Origin: Phyllosticta citribraziliensis
Lineage: Eukaryota
Assembly: GCF_038025025.1 (NCBI RefSeq)
Contig: NW_027117346.1
Coordinates: 496,001 to 560,000 of the forward strand
Direction of reading: 5' to 3'
DNA: 64,000 bases
The position numbers and the translations under genes are program-made. Below are positions 13,101-25,400 of the stretch, piece by piece. Below the pieces are notes generated by a model. It was not told where the DNA came from. It saw only the letters and a list, made by a program, of their open reading frames with translations, and searched no databases. Position 1 is the first letter of the stretch. Every line of letters begins with the position of its first letter.

Positions 13101-14373
13101 TGACTACATTACCAGAGAAATGGACGACTGGTTCCTAGGACGAAACGACTCTTACGTCGCCCTTGTCGAGGCATCGCTGGCAAGAGCTCTCGCAGATATT
13201 CCTGAGAAGACGCCCACGCATCTGGCCTTTGATGACATACCAGAGCCTCAGAATTATGGCCTTGTGCCCCCTCACTTTTACCGCGAGCTGGCCCGAACTA
13301 TGGAAGGATGCAGGCTACTGGCGCATAAGGGCCACTTTGACGAGTTTTCCAACGCAATCAAAGAGCACGGGATGGAGACCGAGGACGCGGAAATCATTCT
13401 CAAGGTCAAGGGCTGTCTATGGGCCGTTGGCAACGTCGGGTCCATGGACCTGGGCGCCCCTTTTCTCGAAAGTACCGATGTCACACGATACATTGTGCAC
13501 ATTGCCGAGGAGTCAGAAGTCATGTCTCTGCGCGGCACGGCGTTCTTCGTCCTTGGCCTGATATCGCGCAGCTTGCACGGGCAAGAGATTCTGATTGAGT
13601 GCGGGTGGGACGCCACAGTGAACATCATGGGCGTCTCGCTTGGCTTTTGCATTCCAGCCAATTTCAAGAAGCTCTTTTCGGTAAGCCAACGCGTCTTCTT
13701 TCTTAACGACGATGTACTCACAAAGCAGATCAAACCTTGGGTCGCAGTCCACGTCACGCACACTGCCCACAAACCCGGGACCGCTCAGCCCCACATCACG
13801 GACCCAGATCCCCTCAACGCACGCATCCTCAAGCTCGTCACCGACCTCGGCAACACTGTGCTGGCCAAGCGCGCTGCGAACGACTTGCATACGTAAGTAA
13901 ATGTACTTGGATCGCAAAGAAACGACTGACACCATATCAGCATCAAAATCAAGCGCGCGCCCGGTTTCGGCCACCCACGGCTCTTCCACAAAGTCATGGC
14001 CATCCTCGAGAGCCACCACTTCCGCCTGCCCGTCTGCCGCTTCGTCGTTGACTTGTTCGACAAAGGCGTGCTCCGCGCCATTGTCATGGAAGAAGAGGGC
14101 AGCAGCAGCAGCGAGAGCGAGGCAGGCGGACCCCCTGGCGACGACAGCAGCGACAGTGACAGCGAAAGCGAGAGTCCAGGGGGTAGAAAGATGGCCGCCG
14201 CCGTGACCAGGGGGGGTAGAGACGGCGGAGCGGGCGAGGGCAGCAGCGGCGAGGAGGGCGATGGCGGCGTCGGTGTCGGTTTGGGGTTGGGGCTGCCTCC
14301 TCCGTATGGCGGGCGAGGCGGGCCTCCTGCATCTAGCATTCGCGGTGTGCGCGGGGTGGGCGATGGGACTTGA
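10135..14373 (+). CDS. TSC11: TORC2 subunit Rictor (Avo3/Tsc11, S. pombe Ste20, pianissimo family)
   Basis: 1253-aa ORF with HR1-like ELRDKIEKETKIKIGSENLLEAL, SWSSSFLAGRRLTTYGRV and LKVKGCLWAVGNVGS..SLRGTAFFVLGLIS. Introns at 13681-13728 and 13893-13940; last exon ILESHHFRLPVCRFVVDLFD. The start codon is not certain. Confidence 0.92.
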
Positions 14374-15032
14374 ACGTCGCTTTTTATTTTTCTCCCCTCG
14401 TTGCGTCTGCCTGCCCGTCTTCCTGCTTGTCTGCCTGCTGCCGTTGGGCTTCCCTGCCTCGATGACGCCGAAGCGCCGATTCACCGGACGACCGATGGAC
14501 TCGAGTCCCGACCTTACTGGAGCCAGCCTGCCTGCTTCGCAGCCGGTCGATGGCCGCCTGCAATCCGCCTTCGCTGTACGTGTGTCTGGGTGGTAGGTTG
14601 CTCGCAGATGGGTAGATGGGCTCGTACGATTTTTAAAGAGCAGTGCCACACTGTCTTGAAGGCACGCAGGCACGGCAGTCTAGCTACGGAGTCCCTTTCC
14701 TCCGGCCTCGCCCTTTCAGCAATCTGGACGCCAGATCTTTGCTCGAGCGCTCGCTCGTCCTCCTGCCCGCCACTCCCATGTCGACTCTCGAGACGCAAAG
14801 AGAAGGAAAGGGGGACGGACGCGGCACTCCTTGAGGAGTGGAAATGAGAAGGAGATCGGGCACAGACTCATGCAACACTGGCAGCGAGAAGGGGCATTGA
14901 ACCCTGGGACTTGTTGTAGAGCACAGCAGGGCGGGCCGTAGGAGGCGTGTTGTTGTGCGTTGCGTTGCAATGACTTCGCGTAGCGAGTACCCATATAGGA
15001 GGGGCAAAGATGGAGAATATGATGGTTCAGGA

Positions 15033-15059
15033 TGTTGTTGTTGTTGTTGTTGTTGTTGT
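15033..15059. repeat. (TGT)n microsatellite
   Basis: About 9 perfect units. Confidence 0.9.
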
Positions 15060-16873
15060 AAGTAGCGGATGTGTAGTCAGCGTTAATAGCATGATTTATT
15101 CAACGCCTGAGCTTGTGGGTGCAGATGACTGAGCCATATGGGTGAACCAATGAGTTGGTAAGTGCTCATGTTGAATCGATGGCAGTACAACGTCGGCGTA
15201 TAAATTCCATGTGCGCGCCGGCGCACCCGGGAACCAACAAGAGATGAAAAAAAAAAAATTAAAACACGCAGTACAGCCAAGCCCGAAAGAAGGAGCGGTG
15301 GCAAAGATTTCTTGTGGTGCTCCGAAGCAAGTCGTAGGGTATATAGAAAAGCGAGGGAGACTGGTTCACCTACTACCCCAGCCGATGACCGAGGGCGCGG
15401 ACGATACCGACGGCTGTTCTACCATGCAAGAAGCGCCGCAGGTCGCGATGGCCGTACATGTAGACTCACGTACAGTGTAAGCATGTAGGTAGGCATGCAG
15501 TACGATCGGATGCACGACAGGTACCGAACCGTTGTTTGTGCGAGACGCAAGGCAGGAAAAGCCTTGGAGGATACAACGGAGTCTGGGTGGATGGAGGGGG
15601 CCGAGGTGGGGGGCTAGCGCCGCAAAGGGGTTAGCGCACCCGAGCGGTTCCCAGCCCGGGGGAAGGGTACATGTTTTCTGGGCTGTCGCGTGCGTCGCAA
15701 GAATTGCCGCATCGGGTAGGGCCGTCGTCCTGGCGCCGACTCTTGGTTATCACCCTGCGCGATGCAATGCGTTCGTTGCCTCTGCTTTGCCCTGCAGAGC
15801 TGAATTGCGTGTGGCACTAGAGAGTACGGTAGCTACGATACTGAGCAATGTGTTTGAGTAGATTGCGTCGGCCGTGCGGACATTGTCATGGTCATCCGTA
15901 TTTCGACGCGACGGAGCGCGTGCCAAGAGACAGTGATGACTTGTTGATGTTGTCCTACTACTAGGTTGGATCCGGCGTCGCCGGACCAAAGTTGACGTCG
16001 GGTCGGCCGCCGGCAGCTTGACCGAGAGCGAGCGGTTAGAAGGATGGATGGGGTTGGTTTTGGTCGAGGCGTTGGCGGGCGAGGGAGGGAGGGATGGATG
16101 GATGGATGGAGGGAACAACAAGAGGGCGCGAGGCGCTCTGTGATGTGCGCGTCAAAACGGCTGTTCCTGCGGAAGTGAGGCTAGTAATGCGCCACGGACC
16201 ATGGTTGCGACGGGCCTGGTGTTTGAAGGCCGGAGCAGGGTCGTCGACAAGGGTCGTCGTGAACCCTTGTTGTGTGGTTGCTGCTTGTCAGCTGTGGAGA
16301 GGTGGAGAAGATGGTGTCAGCAACGGAGAGAGAATGGTGATGTCGTTGACGTTGGTGGATCCAAGTCTAAAGCATCATCGACTAAGCGTTTTCCGTCGAG
16401 GACAGCTTAGGTGAGGACTCGACATGGAATGCACCAGGAATGCGAGCTAGGATGCGACTGTTGCAAGTGGTCCGGGGTCCTCGCCGTGGGAGCGGAGCAA
16501 ATGGATGGCGGCGCTGGTAGGGCTGAGAAAAGTTGTCATGTTGGCTGATTGATACGGCAGAGCACACGTCGGTGGCCGGACAGTGCGGATGGAGCAGAGA
16601 CGAGAATAATCATACATGTAGGATTTGCAGAGGGCAGCGTGGAGGAAGAATGAGGCTGGCGCAGGGCCGGGTGCAGCCAGGCCAGGGCAGGCCAGCATGT
16701 GGCGGGGTCGACGCTTCTGGGACCTCTATGACGCCTTGACGGCTCCAAAGCGACAATTGGCGGCGACGAGCAAGTCGAGATGCATCAGATTCGTCGTCTG
16801 CATTGCGCGCATCAGGCTCCACAACGCCGACGACGACGTGGACGACGATGGTCCGAGACAGGTGTGCAAAAGT

Positions 16874-16900
16874 CGATGCGATGCGATGCGATGCGATGCG
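16874..16900. repeat. (CGATG)5 pentanucleotide repeat
   Basis: Five tandem copies. Confidence 0.9.
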
Positions 16901-17851
16901 GTCGGCGAAGATGAAGGGGGCGGCACGAGGCCATCCCTGTGCCTTTGGCTTTGGCCGAGCCGATGACGGGAGGTGTCCAAGTGTCCAAGACGACAATAAT
17001 GTATTTTTATTTTAAACTCGAGCTGCTGGACGAGTCGTCATTGTCTGCCTGCATCCACCGTACCTAGCGCGTTAATACCAGTCTAGCTAGCAGACGGACA
17101 TGCAAAAGAGGCGGCAGTCGCACAATGGGGCCGTCGCTCGATCTCAGGCAATCTTGCTGCGTTCTCGCGATCGAGCGCGCCCGTGGTAGAGGCCGCAATT
17201 GCACACTCCACACATGGCAAATCGCCGATCTAGCCTGCAAAAGCCAATGATAATGACCTCGACGACTCTGCCAATAGCCCACACTGCCTCTCGACAAAAC
17301 CTCCTGCCAGACGCGCCTGTCCTGCGCTGCACTGCACTGTCCTGCTCAACACCATCCAAACCACCATCACCAACCACCTCGCGCTGCATCACTCTCGCTG
17401 TGCACGCTGGACCTGAGCGCACACTCGGTGCCACATCTGCATCTCCACGCTTGATCGCCCCCGGACCCTTGTTTCCTCCTATCCCAGCATCAACCATCGC
17501 TCCCGCGACAGCAACCAACCAAGCTTACCGTTGCCGCCTCGGCCTTGCAACCGCCTCTCCCTCTGTCTACCGTGCCTTTGTCATCCGCCGTGGCAGCTGG
17601 TGACCTCATCACCTCCACGCCCGTCCTCTTACATCTCCAACTGTCCGACCCTCCCGCAATTCTTCTTGCCCCACGACCTGCCTCCCCTCTCACCCTCCTT
17701 GGCACTCTCTCACTTCTCCTCCGTCTGCCTACCGTCGTATGGAGGGCTCGTCTAGTCTTTACGCTTTATGAACCTGCTACGCGCGACAGGACACTCTTTC
17801 ACAGAAAGTGAAGAGAAGTCCTTACACCTTCCTCTGTCCGCAGCTGCCTTC

Positions 17852-19608
17852 ATGCGAGGGCATGATGCCGCGGCCGACAATGGCAGCAACACCACCGCTC
17901 TAGCTGCCCACGAGGATGCCCGCTCGCTCGTCAGGCTAGTACAATGTCCCAAGTGCTCGCGGCCTTTTCAACTCCCCGTCACTCTTCCTTGCGGCCACTC
18001 TCTCTGCCGTCAGTGTCTCCCGGAGCCACAACTCAGGCAATACATCTCTTACCCCGCAACTCCGGAGCGACAACAAGGCATAGCGTGCCCCCTGGCGCAC
18101 TGCCAAAAGGTCCATCCGGTGGGCGAGTGCAATGTCGACGTGACCCTGTCCAAGGTCATGCATTCCGTCACTGAGGTCGTCGAGGCGTGCAGAGCGGATG
18201 CTGCCAACAGTTCCGTCATGGTGCAAGAGATCCTCCCCGCAAATATTGAGAACGAGTTTCGGACGGCGACGCTACCTGGCGGTCGCCTTGTTGCGACCTT
18301 TTCCATGGCAGAGTCGGGTTTGTTGGACATGAATTCGGAGCTGTCGTACACATCTCTTGCCGAGGATGGAAGCGATGCGGCAGATTTGGACCACGGCGTG
18401 TTGAGTCGCTTGCGCGAGGCGACGCACAAAGAACTCGACTGCCACGTGTGTTACAACCTCCTCTTGGACCCGGTGACGACTGCTTGCGGCCATACATTTT
18501 GTCGAAAATGTCTTGTCCGCGTCTTGGACCACGCCAACCACTGCCCGATCTGTCGGCGCTCCCTCAACGTTCCTCCGTCGCTCGGCGACCAATCGAGCAA
18601 CGCTTGCCTCGTCGCCCTCCTCGAAAGCCTCTGCCCCGACGTCGTGCACGCGCGCGCCGAAGCCGTCGCTCAGGAAGAGCGGGGAATCGCAGAGTTGGAT
18701 GTGCCGCTGTTTGTCTGCACACTTGGCTTCCCCGCGATGCCGACCTTTTTGCATATATTCGAGCCACGGTATCGTCTGATGATCAGGCGCGCGTTGGAGG
18801 GAACCGGCCATTTCGGCATGCTCATGTACAACCGGTCGGGCTCCAATCAGGGCAGCCTGGGGCCAACGCACTTTAAAGAGTTCGGTACCATGCTGCAGAT
18901 CGTCAACGTGCAGATGCTACCCGACGGCCGGAGCTTGATCGAGACGCGCGGGTCAACTCGATTCAAGGTGCGCGCGCACGCCCAGCACGACGGATATACG
19001 GTTGGCAATGTGGAGCGCGTCGAGGACGTTGGACTTGCCGAAGAAGAACGCCTCGAGGCTGAAGACATTCGGCAAGCGCTTGCAGATCGCGAGGCTCAAA
19101 CCGCTGCCGGCCAAACTCCTCCCACCTGGACCTCATCCGAAGCCGCCATTAGCAGTCTCTCCACACGAGAAATGCTGCTGATCGGCGTCAACTTTATCGA
19201 GAAGATGCGCGCCAACAGCGCCCCATGGCTGCATCAACGGATTCTAGACGCCTACGGTGGTCCCCCGGACGACCCCGCCCTCTTCCCCTACTGGTTCGCA
19301 AGCATTCTACCCATTGCTGAAGAGGAAAAATACTTGCTCCTGCCCACGACTAGCGTCCGACAAAGGCTCAAGACAGTTGTGAGTTGGATCCGACGAATCG
19401 AAAGTCAGCGATGGTAAGTTTTCATTTTATTTGGCTTCGGCCGCCGTTGAGAGAGCGCATATTTTGCTTTTTAGAGCGTCATAGCGTGTCCCCGCCTTCA
19501 TTTCCTTTATTCCTTGCACCCTCAGAAGAGTCCAAGAGGCTAATCTGTCGCGTGCTTGTTGCGATGTGCGCTGACAGGCATGGTGGAAGCGCTTGTACAG
19601 TCTTATAA
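17852..19608 (+). CDS. LON peptidase N-terminal domain and RING finger protein (LONRF / CrgA-like E3 ligase)
   Basis: Two RING fingers (CPKC..CGHSLCRQC and CHVC..CGHTFCRKC..CPIC) plus a LON substrate-binding domain (FPAMPTFLHIFEPRYRLMIRR). Intron 19414-19577 gives the end WHGGSACTVL-stop. Start codon uncertain; possible 5' intron 17737-17843. Confidence 0.88.
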
Positions 19609-20933
19609 ACCGCTCTGTCATGGCTCAACGCGTTCTTTTGTTCATCGGCTCCATCGTTTTGGCGTGGTGGTACGCGAGAGGCTCTGAGGGCTCCTCTGAC
19701 TAAGGCTTTGTTCTTGTCCTTGCCAGATACCAATACTTATGGGCGCCATCTGCAGACTGGGATTTTGCTCAAGTCTCACGTGGGACGAACTTCCACAACT
19801 GCGCTGCCGTGTGTTGCTCCTCAACACCGACTGTCGCGGCTGGTGCGCCCCTCGTGTGGCTTGCCCGGGGCCTCTCGTAACCACACTCCCCCGTCACTGA
19901 CTCGAGTGACACCTTCCGGAGCCTCGTGTCCTGCCGGGAGCGTCCGACGTTGGTGCCGGGGCCGCAAAACGCCCACACGTCACCACCTCCGATCCTCTGC
20001 CTGCATTTTCCACCGCGATCTAAGACACCACCAACCACATGACTTGACGCGAACGCACTTCCGACCGCCGAACTCCGACTCCGAAAGTCACTACGAGTGC
20101 GGATACTAGCAGCGTCGTGGTAGCAGTGACTCGGCTCTCCGAGTGACCACTTCGGACTACGACGGACCAAATCACAAACGGCCTGGGACTCGCCGCCTCC
20201 TCTCCCACCACCACGACCACTTCAATTCACTTTTCCATCAGCCGTCCATCTAGTCAGCAAACAAGAGAGTCGCCCTGCATCATTGTCATTTTGGAATCAC
20301 AGCGTTGCGTTGCGTTGGTGCACAAAGAAGAGCAAGAAAGACGACACCTCAAGTTTCGGATCGGTTTCGTGGTTGCCACCGGCTACCACTGCCTTGATAG
20401 AGGCACCTCTTACTATAGCATGAGGGTCGGATGGCTTGCATCCCCTTGCAATTTCCTTTTGACGTCTTTCCCTTCGGGCCCTTCGGGTCAGCTTTCCGTC
20501 TCTGCCTGTTTGTCGCTGCCCTTCCTGCTCGTCGTGGACCTCAGCGATTGGTCTCGCAGTTTGCCCTCCTCCTCTTCTTCTATTGTTACTGTCATCACTT
20601 TCAACGCGTGAAGCCAACTCTACGTCCCGACACCCACCATATATTTCCTTGTACTCGTTTCTCTCACACCTGGGCATCCCTTCGGACCTGCGACAACACG
20701 TCACAAACGCAGTGGAATCCCCCTCCTACAAATTACGCCCGCGGAGCCATCATCGAACACTACATCTCGAAAAGTTCAATCCGCCAGAACACCATCCCGA
20801 CACTTACTCCTTCCGGAAAAAACCTAAGACGAAAACCAAGATTTGAGGTTTCCCTTACCCCGCCATTCTCATTTTCTTAGTTTCCCTCTTCCTCGCTTCA
20901 TCAGCAGCACTCTTCCATCACATCGTTATTACG

Positions 20934-20955
20934 TCATCATCATCATCATCATCAT
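20934..20955. repeat. (CAT)n microsatellite
   Basis: About 7 tandem units. Confidence 0.85.
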
Positions 20956-22120
20956 CTAGTCTGAGATACCAGAGTCCATTGGGGCTCAAGCAAGCACGAA
21001 TGTACGAAGCTGAGGCGGCGGTCAGTTGCAATCGGAGAGACGAGTGGATGCAGGTCATTGGAGAAGCGAAGAGGTTGTTAGGCGGATGGTTGTACGTATG
21101 TACGTACGTACGGTGGAGTTCGTACACGAATTGATTTTGATTCATTCATGCACGCATCGAGTGAGTGAGAGAGACGTCAAAGGGTGAGAGTGGGCATGTG
21201 GTGGGGTGTCGACATCACCGTTCAATCCATCGTCTAGCTTCTACAACCGCGTATTGCCTGTCCACTGACCTAGCTAGATCCGGAACTATTTGCGCGGATG
21301 TTTCCCATCACTTGACCACTTGCCAATACCCCACACCGCGTCCAGGTGCAGCTGCATGCAACCTGCTCGTTTGCTCGCTCGCTCGCTCCGCCCGCTAGCT
21401 CTACTTCCCTCTATCTCCCTGCTCTTTTCTCTACCCTCTACTCCCCTCTGTTTTCTTCCTCGCTCTTCGCCGCATCTCCGTGCTCCCGTCATCGACTGAC
21501 TGAAAAAAAGAAAAAGTCCTCGCGCCATTTCTCTCCTGTCGTGCCATTGCTTGGTTCGCGTCAGTGGCTAGCACGTTCTTGGAAGTCATGAGGACGAGGA
21601 ATGCTACACACCAGACAAACGCCTCTCTTCATTCGCGCCGCCTGCCGTGGACACCGGAGCAGTAGTTTACGTGCGGCTTGGAGCGCGTCTGATGTTGGCT
21701 TTGGCCTGCGGTGTCAGATGGAGTGATGAGGGTCCAAGAGCGTGCGATTTTCGCCGCCGCCCCCGAGAGTACTCTCCTAAACACGCAGAGGTTTGGTCAT
21801 CACCGCCGCCACGAAGACAGTGCAAGGATGACGAGCAAAAATCGGACAGACATCCCGTGTGTTGACCAGAACTCCAATCTGGGAGCATCCAGTATCTCAC
21901 AAACGCATTTCCGTCGTATTGCCATAGCCGTGCTATATACCATCGTGCCAGGGCCGCAAAGCTGTACGAACAGAAAGAGAAGACGATTCGGCGCCTGCCG
22001 CCGCGCCTGCCTTCACAGCATACAAACAAAACGCAAGCGCGAGGCGGGAGGTGAAGAATTGAGTCATATAACGTGCCGCAACCACCACCCCACTATCCAG
22101 CGCACCACACAAACGTTTAT

Positions 22121-22205
22121 GGATCGGTGGCGTAGTGGTAACGCATGTCGTGGTTCAAACATTCGCATCCACGGCAAGTCCCAGGTTCAAGTCCTGGTCG
22201 ATCTA
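22121..22205 (+). ncRNA. Atypical tRNA-like Pol III gene with extended anticodon arm; isotype undetermined
   Basis: Acceptor stem GGATCGG/TCGATCT plus A, D arm GCGT-AGTGGTA-ACGC, T arm CCAGG-TTCAAGT-CCTGG, A box TGGCGTAGTGG, B box GGTTCAAGTCC, and T6 at 22232-22237. The anticodon arm is TGTCGTGG/CCACGGCA around a 15-nt loop. Confidence 0.8.
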
Positions 22206-23460
22206 ACTACTGGAGTGCCTTTTGCCCCTTTCTTTTTTGCCTCTCTCTTTGTTTTCGTTGGCTGGCTGGTTGACAGGCTGGTTAGCTGGTGGGGTTGAGT
22301 GGTAGCGAGAGGAGAGGGGGGGGTTGTACAGGGCCGGCTTCGTTCCACGGTTGTGGGTTGATGCGGCAGGGTCTTGTTTGAGGTCGACCATGGCTAGTCA
22401 CGGTTTAATTCTTCGTCGCGGCTGCGGTGGAGCTTTTTGTTTGCTGTGGCCGTAACACATTTTTGCCGCTGCTCTATGGGCAATGTGAGTAAGGTGGTCG
22501 TTTAGGCAGTCAGTCCATCGATTGACTGCGAGCGGCCCAGGAGTGCGGCGGAGATGTTGGGCAGGGTCAATCGACTTCGAAAGACTTCTTTTGGGTCATC
22601 CACGGCATAGCGTGATGAGCAGCAGAGAAGAATTCGTGCCAGTTTCAGATGCTTTCCACTCATCGATCACGATTGACGATCCAGACGCCTTTCACGTCGA
22701 TAGTAGCCACGCTGTCCTTGGTGTGCTGGATTTCCAATTTTTCCCCCTGGGTGAGAGAAATTCGGGAATACGGCATTTGGTCGGTTGTGGTCCAGTGACA
22801 AGACTGGCCGTTGAAATCAGAAAGACTCACGCAGCCAGAGGAACACGGCGCAATGGTAAAGGCGCCGACTGTACTGCTCTCAGTCACCTGGAGCGAAAAG
22901 AGAAAGGCGACTGAGAATAAGCGTCTGCTCGTACAGTGGTGTCAGTCGTCTGCATGGCCTGGATATTCATGTCCATTGGTGGACGTCTGTTGGTATTTTT
23001 GCTCCAAGCTCTTTCTGAACAGACTCGCCTGCTCTACTCCTGGTGCAAAGGCCGTGGTCGCGGGAATCTTTTCCAGATGTTGTTCTTGTGGCGACTTCAA
23101 ATGATGCACCGCCAGAGGCATGGAGGCCACAAGCCAAACCTCGGCCTCCATGAGTTCCTCCCAGCCCTCAAGTGCGATGATGTGCAGACTTTGCAGGTGG
23201 GCGACATGGCCATATGAGTAAGACAAAAGCAAAGCACGACCCGCATTCAGAGCGCTTCAACAATATCAAGCACAAGGCCACTGGCCTCAAAGCCTTGGCC
23301 AAAAAAGAAGGTGCAGCGCCTCGCGGCTCCACTCTTACAGTGTGACTCACTCCTCCCAAAAAAATGCGCACAAAACGAATCTCCACGATCTCGCTTGCAG
23401 CGTTCGAGCGCGTGGACTCGAACGCCGGTCTGTTCGCCAAAACAAAAGGTAAGTTTTGAG

Positions 23461-23532
23461 TAGCTGAAAGTGGTTTCGATCCACTGTCCTCCGGGTTATG
23501 AGCCCGGCGCGCTTCCGCTGCGCCATTCAGCT
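23461..23532 (-). tRNA. Initiator tRNA-Met (CAT), intronless
   Basis: Reverse complement AGCTGAATGGCGCAGCGGAAGCGCGCCGGGCTCATAACCCGGAGGACAGTGGATCGAAACCACTTTCAGCTA. It shows A1:U72, the GGG/CCC anticodon stem and the ATCGAAA T-loop typical of eukaryotic iMet. Confidence 0.96.
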
Positions 23533-24160
23533 GTTGTTGAAAGTGATCTCGCAAAATCAAATTATATCATACTTCAAATGCGTCGATCACACAAGACGAA
23601 CTTTCCCTATACACTCATTTGGACGCTGTCTTTTTCCTGGTACGTTTTTCATAGAGCATGCGCTTTCTCGCGGAACAAAGAGGGTGCGGTGCGAGGCTGA
23701 GCGCTTCTCAGCCACTACGCAAACAGCCCGCTCGGCGGCGATTTCAGAAATGCTCGAACGCAACGACGACGTCAGTAGCACTAGTTGTCAAAATGTCAGC
23801 CTCGAATCTAGTGTCAGAGGATGGCAAACATAATCCGAGAGGGGAGGAAGGTGCTAAATGCTCTTCCGCGAGAACGGTGCACGGATTCCCAAAGTTCGCG
23901 ATTCAGCGCGAAAAAGTCGACGGACCAGCAAGAAAGACGCCGCAACGAATCACGCGTTCTGAGCCTGTATGAAGTCTTAGGTCATGCTAACTACTGGACG
24001 ATGAACCGCGGACTTCACCTACAAACCGGACTGCACTTTCAAGCACTTTGGAGGAATCTACACGTCTTTTCCCGTAGACTGTTTGTACATATTTTGAACA
24101 AGCGAGACTCGATTTCAACAATCACCTGACCAGGCGATTGAGCAAGAACAACTTCTTCAA

Positions 24161-24247
24161 GGTTCTATAGTGTAGTGGCTAGCACATGAGATTCTGAGTA
24201 TCATCAGCAATATTCTCATAACCCCGGTTCGATCCCGGGTAGGACCT
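24161..24247 (+). tRNA. tRNA-Gln (CTG) with 15-nt intron (24198-24212)
   Basis: GGTTCTA/TAGGACC acceptor stem, TGAGA-TT-CTG-A-[intron]-T-TCTCA anticodon arm, CCCGG-TTCGATC-CCGGG T arm, followed by TTTT. Confidence 0.95.
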
Positions 24248-25400
24248 GATCTTTTGCCCAGGGTAACGGGATGGGCTTTTGTTTTGGACGGCGGGCGGAC
24301 GATGGGTCGAGGTCGGTGAAGTGGAGCTCGCGGCGAAAATTTTCGGTGCGCTCGGGTTGGACTCGGCGATTTTTGGGGCCAACGACGGACCACCAACAAC
24401 GAGAAGGCAGGACGGAGAATGTCGGGTTTGTTTGGTTGACTTTTTGGAGAGCTTCAATGTTGAGAGGGTTGGTTGTGTTGCTCCGTCGGACGAGCGGAGG
24501 TGCAATCGTATGATTTTAACCCAACAGAAGTGGAGAAGAGTTGACCGACGTTGGCAGCGGCTGACGCTGCATCAACAGCTCAACAGGGCTTATCGTTTCC
24601 CAAAGTCGCAGGTCGAGCTCCCTGGTGAGCCTCGTGCAGAGGCAGGATGACATCCCCTGAAACAATCAACAAGATTCTGAACGTTGAGAAGCTGTGGCGC
24701 AATCGTGCGAGTGGATACCATGTGCTTACCCGCACGGCTGTGCCTGCTTGATTGCTGTGTCCCCGGCTTTCTCGATTGATGAATTGCAAGTTGTCCCGGT
24801 CTGGTCCCTGATGCAGATGCAGGCTTGTATTAAGCGTTTTGGAGCTGTTGAGGACCTCGTTTCAACGTGTGGTAGACTGGATTAAGCAAATGGAAATATT
24901 TGGACGGCCAACAGACTTGCCAACCTGCTTTGGCGCTTGGAGAGGCTCCGTGGTGTCACATTCATTGGTACGGAATATAGCGTGGTAGCAGGAGCATTCC
25001 TGATGATCGACGAAGTAGCCGTTGTCCCTGTGTCGATCGGCATTGATGATACTAGGATCCCAAACTTCGGGTTGCTGTCCTTGAGTCCATTGATCTCTCA
25101 AGATTACTCGATGAGACCTGGTCCGTTGTCGATACAGATTGGCACCACAATAACCTGCCGCTCGGAAGCTCGAAATCTGTTCCCCCCTCGAGTCCTTGAT
25201 TCCAAGAGCACCCCGTACTCTCCTCCGTAAAAGGACAGGACCAAAACAAATTGAATCAACTTGATTGGCCTGAACCCCCGCACGTGCCGCAATTGCCATC
25301 GTGCTTCGCAGACTTTTGTCCGCACAACACCAAGAAGCCACACCACGATCCACCAGGGCTAGGGAGCAAAAGAAATCAAAAGAAGAAGAGTCGGGGATTG

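Noticed and set aside
14400..17700. Many short overlapping ORFs between Rictor and the RING ligase
   Set aside because: No coherent codon bias, motifs or splice structure; the region is microsatellite-rich and looks intergenic or UTR.
22121..22205. Calling the atypical tRNA a selenocysteine or opal-suppressor tRNA
   Set aside because: TCA is present but not in a canonical loop register. There is no long variable arm or Sec-type stem geometry, and Dikarya are not known to have Sec machinery.
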